This document shows positions 16,170 through 20,000 of a stretch of DNA of 20,000 bases, piece by piece. Position 1 is the stretch's first letter, and the number at the start of each line of letters is the position of its first letter. Source of the DNA: Myxococcota bacterium (GTDB lineage Bacteria > Myxococcota > Myxococcia > Myxococcales > Myxococcaceae); the NCBI GenBank assembly GCA_049322255.1, contig JBMORE010000167.1, positions 44,026 through 64,025 of the forward strand. Direction: 5' to 3'. Made by a program: the position numbers and the translations under genes. The notes beneath the pieces were generated by a model. It was not told where the DNA came from, did not search any database, and saw nothing but the letters and a program-made list of their open reading frames with translations.

Positions 16170-16250
16170 ATGGAGATGTTCTAGCGCGCGGGCGCCTTCG
16201 GCACCACTCGGCGGGGAAAGGTGCTAAGGCAGCGCGCGTTTGGAGGAGTG

Positions 16251-16490
16251 ATGGTCGCGCGCGTGTTCGTCACCCTGAAGCCGGGCGTCCTCGACCCCGC
16301 GGGGAAGGCAGTGGAGAAGGGTCTCCACTCGCTGGGCTACCCGGAGGTCGGGCAGGTTCGCCTGGGAAAGTACCTGGAAGTCACTCTCGACGAGACGGAC
16401 CCGGCGCGCGCCAAGGCCCGTGTCGAGCAGATGTGCAAAAAGCTGCTCGCCAACACGGTGGTGGAGGACTTCCGCGTGGAGCTGGGATGA
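16251..16490 (+). CDS. purS: FGAM synthase subunit PurS, 79 aa
   Basis: [15 protein letters not shown]...VRLGKYLE...[22 protein letters not shown] upstream of ATG 16251. Confidence 0.96.
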   Translation: MVARVFVTLKPGVLDPAGKAVEKGLHSLGYPEVGQVRLGKYLEVTLDETDPARAKARVEQMCKKLLANTVVEDFRVELG

Positions 16491-17137
16491 GGTTTGGCAT
16501 CGTCGTCTTCCCCGGGAGCAACTGCGACCACGACGCCTACCATGTCGCCAAGCACGTGCTCGGCCAGGAGGCGGTCTTCCTGTGGCACAAGGAGCGCGAC
16601 CTCAAAAGCAGCGACGTGGTGGTGCTGCCGGGCGGCTTCTCCTACGGTGACTACCTGCGCTGCGGGGCGCTCGCCCGCTTCTCGCCGGTGATGGAGGAGG
16701 TCGCCGCCTTCGCCAAGAAAGGGGGGCGGGTGCTGGGCATCTGCAACGGGTTTCAGATTCTCACCGAGGCGGGGCTGTTGCCGGGCGCGCTTTTGCAGAA
16801 CGCCTCGCGCAAGTTCATCTGCAAGGACGTGGCGCTCCAGGTCGAAAACCCCGACACCCCGTTCACCCGCGGGCTCTCCCAGGGGCAGGTGATGCGCTCG
16901 CCCATCGCCCACGCCGAGGGCAACTACTTCATCGACGAGGAGGGCCTGCGCCGCCTGGAAGGCGAAGGTCAGGTGGTGTTTCGCTACCTCGACAACCCCA
17001 ACGGGTCGCTGAACGACATCGCTGGCGTCGTCAACGCGGGCAGGAACGTGCTGGGCATGATGCCCCACCCCGAGCGCGCCGCGGAGGCAGTGCTCGGTTG
17101 CGAAGACGGAAAACGAATCTTCGAGTCACTCGCGTGA
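16487..17137 (+). CDS. purQ: FGAM synthase glutaminase subunit PurQ, 216 aa
   Basis: [27 protein letters not shown] (catalytic Cys), AHAEGNY, NPNGS and [12 protein letters not shown] overlap with purS. Confidence 0.97.
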   Translation: MRFGIVVFPGSNCDHDAYHVAKHVLGQEAVFLWHKERDLKSSDVVVLPGGFSYGDYLRCGALARFSPVMEEVAAFAKKGGRVLGICNGFQILTEAGLLPGALLQNASRKFICKDVALQVENPDTPFTRGLSQGQVMRSPIAHAEGNYFIDEEGLRRLEGEGQVVFRYLDNPNGSLNDIAGVVNAGRNVLGMMPHPERAAEAVLGCEDGKRIFESLA

Positions 17138-17814
17138 GGGGCGCATTCACAGCCGTCTTGTTGACCACCTTGCTCGCCTCCGGCGCACACGCCTGGCCCG
17201 TCGATGTCTACGTCGACCTCGAGGCCGGTCGCGAAGAAATTTCCAAGCCCGCGTCCGTCACTTGGGTCGAGTCGGAAGACCCGAAGGTCGCTACCGCCGA
17301 AGTGCTCCTGGGGGGCGAGGTGCTCGTCACCGGCGTCTCTGTCGGCCGCACGGTGGTGCTGCTCTACGACCAGGGCAAGCTCGCCGCCTGGCGGGTGCGA
17401 GTCTGGCCCAAGGCGGAAAAGGTCAAGCCCCTGACCGCAGAGGAAAAAGCCCTGCGCCAGGCGTGCCCGGGGTTGACGCTCTCGGCCGAGGCGCTGGCCG
17501 GCCCGGTGAAAGACGAACGCTGTCGCAGCGCGCTGCGGGCATATCTGGAGGCCGACGGCTACGCGGCCCGCCAGCTCGACTTGCGCTTCGAGCTGTCCGC
17601 GCTGCAGGCCCAGCTGGTCGCGCTGCGCTCGGCGTTGGCCGGAGCGGTCAAGCCCAAGGTGGAAGCGCGCTACCTGGGAGCGGCGCTGGTGCTCGAAGGC
17701 AGGCTCACCGACCAGGAGCACCGGAGGGTGCTGTGGGAGACCTTCCGCCACACCGTCGGTCGGGTGGTGCTCGAAGATCGCGTTCACGTTCACGCGGAGG
17801 CCGCCGCGCCATGA
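17134..17814 (+). CDS. Secreted protein with a pilus-assembly N-terminal (CpaC/RcpA-N-like) Ig domain and a BON-like C-terminus, 226 aa
   Basis: GTG start overlaps the purQ stop and its own stop overlaps the purL ATG. Signal peptide ends [17 protein letters not shown]...[17 protein letters not shown] resembles T2SS-T3SS_pil_N; ALVLEG...VLEDRVHV resembles a BON domain. Confidence 0.72.
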   Translation: MRGAFTAVLLTTLLASGAHAWPVDVYVDLEAGREEISKPASVTWVESEDPKVATAEVLLGGEVLVTGVSVGRTVVLLYDQGKLAAWRVRVWPKAEKVKPLTAEEKALRQACPGLTLSAEALAGPVKDERCRSALRAYLEADGYAARQLDLRFELSALQAQLVALRSALAGAVKPKVEARYLGAALVLEGRLTDQEHRRVLWETFRHTVGRVVLEDRVHVHAEAAAP

Positions 17815-20000
17815 GTCACTCGCCTGCGGTCATTGCTCAGCACGGACTGAAGCCTGACGAGTACGCGCGCATCGTCGAGCTCATCGGCCGCGAGCCCAAC
17901 CTGCTCGAGCTGGGCATCTTCTCCGTCCTGTGGAGCGAGCACTGCTCATACAAGTCGTCGAAGAAATACCTGCGCCAGTTCCCCACCACCGGGCCGCGTG
18001 TGCTGGTCGGCCCCGGGGAGAACGCCGGGGTGGTGGACATCGGCGACGGGTTGGCCGCCGCCTTCAAGATGGAGTCGCACAACCACCCCAGCTACATCGA
18101 GCCCTACCAAGGCGCGGCCACGGGGGTGGGTGGCATCTTGCGCGACGTCTTCACCATGGGCGCGCGCCCCATCGCCTTGCTCGACAGCCTGCGTTTCGGT
18201 GACCTCTCGCACCCCAAGACCCGCTGGCTGCTCGAGGGGGTGGTGGCGGGCATCGCCGGCTATGGCAACTGCATCGGCGTCCCCACCGTGGGCGGGGAGG
18301 TGGCGTTCGACGAAAGCTACGACGGCAATTGCCTGGTGAACGCCTTCACCGTGGGCGTTTTGCCCAAGGACCGCATCTTCAAGGGCACCGCCTCCGGCGT
18401 GGGCAACCCGATTCTCTACGTGGGCAGCAAGACCGGGCGCGACGGCATTCACGGCGCCACCATGGCCTCGGCGGAGTTCGACGAACGCTCGGAAGAGAAG
18501 CGGCCCACGGTGCAGGTGGGAGACCCCTTCACCGAGAAGCTGCTCCTGGAGGCGTGCCTGGAGCTGTTCCAGACGGACGCGCTGGTAGGCATTCAGGACA
18601 TGGGGGCGGCGGGGCTGACCTCATCGTCCATCGAGATGGCCGGCCGCGCGGGCAGCGGCATCGAGCTCGACGTGGCGAACGTCCCCCGCCGCGAGGAGGG
18701 CATGACCCCGTACGAGGTGATGCTCTCGGAGAGCCAGGAGCGCATGGTGCTGGTGGCGAAAAAGGGCCGCGAGCAGGAGGTGCTCGACATTTTCCGGAAG
18801 TGGGACTTGGACGCCGCGGTGATCGGCAAAGTGACCGGCGATGGGCGAGTGCGCATCCTCGATGCGGGCGCGGTGGTCGCCGACCTGCCGGTGAAGCCGC
18901 TCACCGAGGCGGCGCCCGTCTACGACCGCCCCACCGCGCGCCCCCAAGAGCTCGATGCGCTGCAGGCCTTCGACCCGCGGTCGCTGCCGCCCCCCAAAGA
19001 CCTGGGTGAGGCGCTGCTTTCCTTGCTCGCCCATCCCACCATCGCCAGCAAGGAGTGGGTCTTCACCCAGTACGACCACATGGTGCGGCTGGGCGGAGCA
19101 CTCTTGCCCGGGCGGGGCGATGCGGCGGTGGTGCGGGTGGAGTGCTCTCAGAAGGGCTTGGCGCTCGCGGTCGACTGCAACAGCCGCTACGTCTTTTTGG
19201 ATCCGTTCGAGGGCGCGCGGCTCGCGGTGGCCGAGTGCACGCGTAACGTCTCCTGCGTGGGCGGAGAACCGCTGGGGCTGACCGACTGCCTCAACTTCGG
19301 CAACCCCGAGAAGCCGGAGATCATGTGGCAGTTCGCCGAAGCCTGTCGGGGGTTGGCTGCGGCTTGCCGCGAGCTTTCGGTGCCGGTGGTGAGCGGCAAC
19401 GTGAGCCTCTACAACGAGACCGACGGTCGAGCCATCTTCCCCACGCCCAGCGTCGCCGTCGTCGGCTTGCTCCCCGACGTGTCCAAGCGCTGCGGCGGTT
19501 TCTTTCGACGCGAAGGCGACCACATCGCGGTGCTGGGCACGACCCGCGGGGTGCTCGGCGGCTCGGAGTACCTGGTCGCCTTTCATCAAAAGACTGCCGG
19601 GCTGCCGCCCAGGCTCGATGTCGCCGCCGAGCGCGCGCTGCAAACGACGGTGCGGGCGCTGGTGCGCGAAGGGCTCCTGTCGAGCGCGCACGATTGTGCG
19701 GAGGGAGGCCTGGCGGTGGCGCTCGCCGAAAGCTGCATGATGGCGCCGGAGCAATCCATCGGAGCCCAGGTGAGCTTCGACGTCGGCGAAACCGCTCCCC
19801 ATGCGCTCCTCTTTGGAGAAGACGCCTCGCGCATCGTCATTTCCTACCCTCCTCACGCCGAGGCGCGCATCGAAACTGTTTGCCGGGAGGCCGGCGTTCC
19901 CTTTCGGTTCGCGGGCACAGTCACCGGCAAGGAGCTGGTCATCTCCGGTCTGCTTGGGCTGAGCGTCGACGCCCTCTCCCGCGCGTGGCGTCGCGGCCTG
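17811..20000 (+). CDS. purL: FGAM synthase subunit PurL (small form; stop lies beyond the window)
   Basis: Not in the ORF track because there is no stop in the window. Motifs: [63 protein letters not shown] and HDCAEGGL. The frame is maintained to ...AWRRGL at 20000. Confidence 0.96.
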   Translation, partial: MSHSPAVIAQHGLKPDEYARIVELIGREPNLLELGIFSVLWSEHCSYKSSKKYLRQFPTTGPRVLVGPGENAGVVDIGDGLAAAFKMESHNHPSYIEPYQGAATGVGGILRDVFTMGARPIALLDSLRFGDLSHPKTRWLLEGVVAGIAGYGNCIGVPTVGGEVAFDESYDGNCLVNAFTVGVLPKDRIFKGTASGVGNPILYVGSKTGRDGIHGATMASAEFDERSEEKRPTVQVGDPFTEKLLLEACLELFQTDALVGIQDMGAAGLTSSSIEMAGRAGSGIELDVANVPRREEGMTPYEVMLSESQERMVLVAKKGREQEVLDIFRKWDLDAAVIGKVTGDGRVRILDAGAVVADLPVKPLTEAAPVYDRPTARPQELDALQAFDPRSLPPPKDLGEALLSLLAHPTIASKEWVFTQYDHMVRLGGALLPGRGDAAVVRVECSQKGLALAVDCNSRYVFLDPFEGARLAVAECTRNVSCVGGEPLGLTDCLNFGNPEKPEIMWQFAEACRGLAAACRELSVPVVSGNVSLYNETDGRAIFPTPSVAVVGLLPDVSKRCGGFFRREGDHIAVLGTTRGVLGGSEYLVAFHQKTAGLPPRLDVAAERALQTTVRALVREGLLSSAHDCAEGGLAVALAESCMMAPEQSIGAQVSFDVGETAPHALLFGEDASRIVISYPPHAEARIETVCREAGVPFRFAGTVTGKELVISGLLGLSVDALSRAWRRGL

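Noticed and set aside
6502..19856. Many long alternative ORFs (e.g. 6502..7530-, 11931..13397-, 13529..14758-, 14755..16161-, 14946..15917+, 18621..19856-)
   Set aside because: They are Arg/Ala/Pro-rich or antisense in-register shadows of well-supported genes, as expected from high-GC codon bias, and carry no motifs.
17811..20000. purL absent from the ORF track, suggesting a pseudogene
   Set aside because: Conserved motifs stay in one frame from ATG 17811 to the window end; it is only missing its stop because the window truncates it.

Overview
GC-rich, gene-dense bacterial window, most likely Myxococcota: it has two GCGC-type MYXO-CTERM surface proteins with a DAG-rich linker, a GGMAEVY-type Hanks kinase and a PEGA protein. 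It holds about 22 CDS. No rRNA, tRNA, CRISPR array or transposase was recognised. The right half is largely housekeeping (hemY, pdxH, glgA, a CNNM/CBS/CorC transporter, purS-purQ-purL) interleaved with surface and lipoprotein genes. The most interesting part is 995-6303. There, a single-domain receiver is followed by a CpdA-like metallophosphoesterase whose stop codon overlaps the start of an MNT-HEPN (RX4Y-type) pair. Next come an AT-richer orphan built from three diverged internal repeats, a small 8-Cys secreted protein, and a tandem-GAF-like class III nucleotide cyclase. A second oddity is a secreted CpaC/RcpA-N-like protein with no secretin domain, joined by 4-nt overlaps inside purQ-purL. 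Many genes show a TAnnnT or TAGAAC-like hexamer 7-11 nt before the start codon and no Shine-Dalgarno, which suggests leaderless or very short-leader mRNAs. All family calls come from motif recognition by eye; no database search was run.
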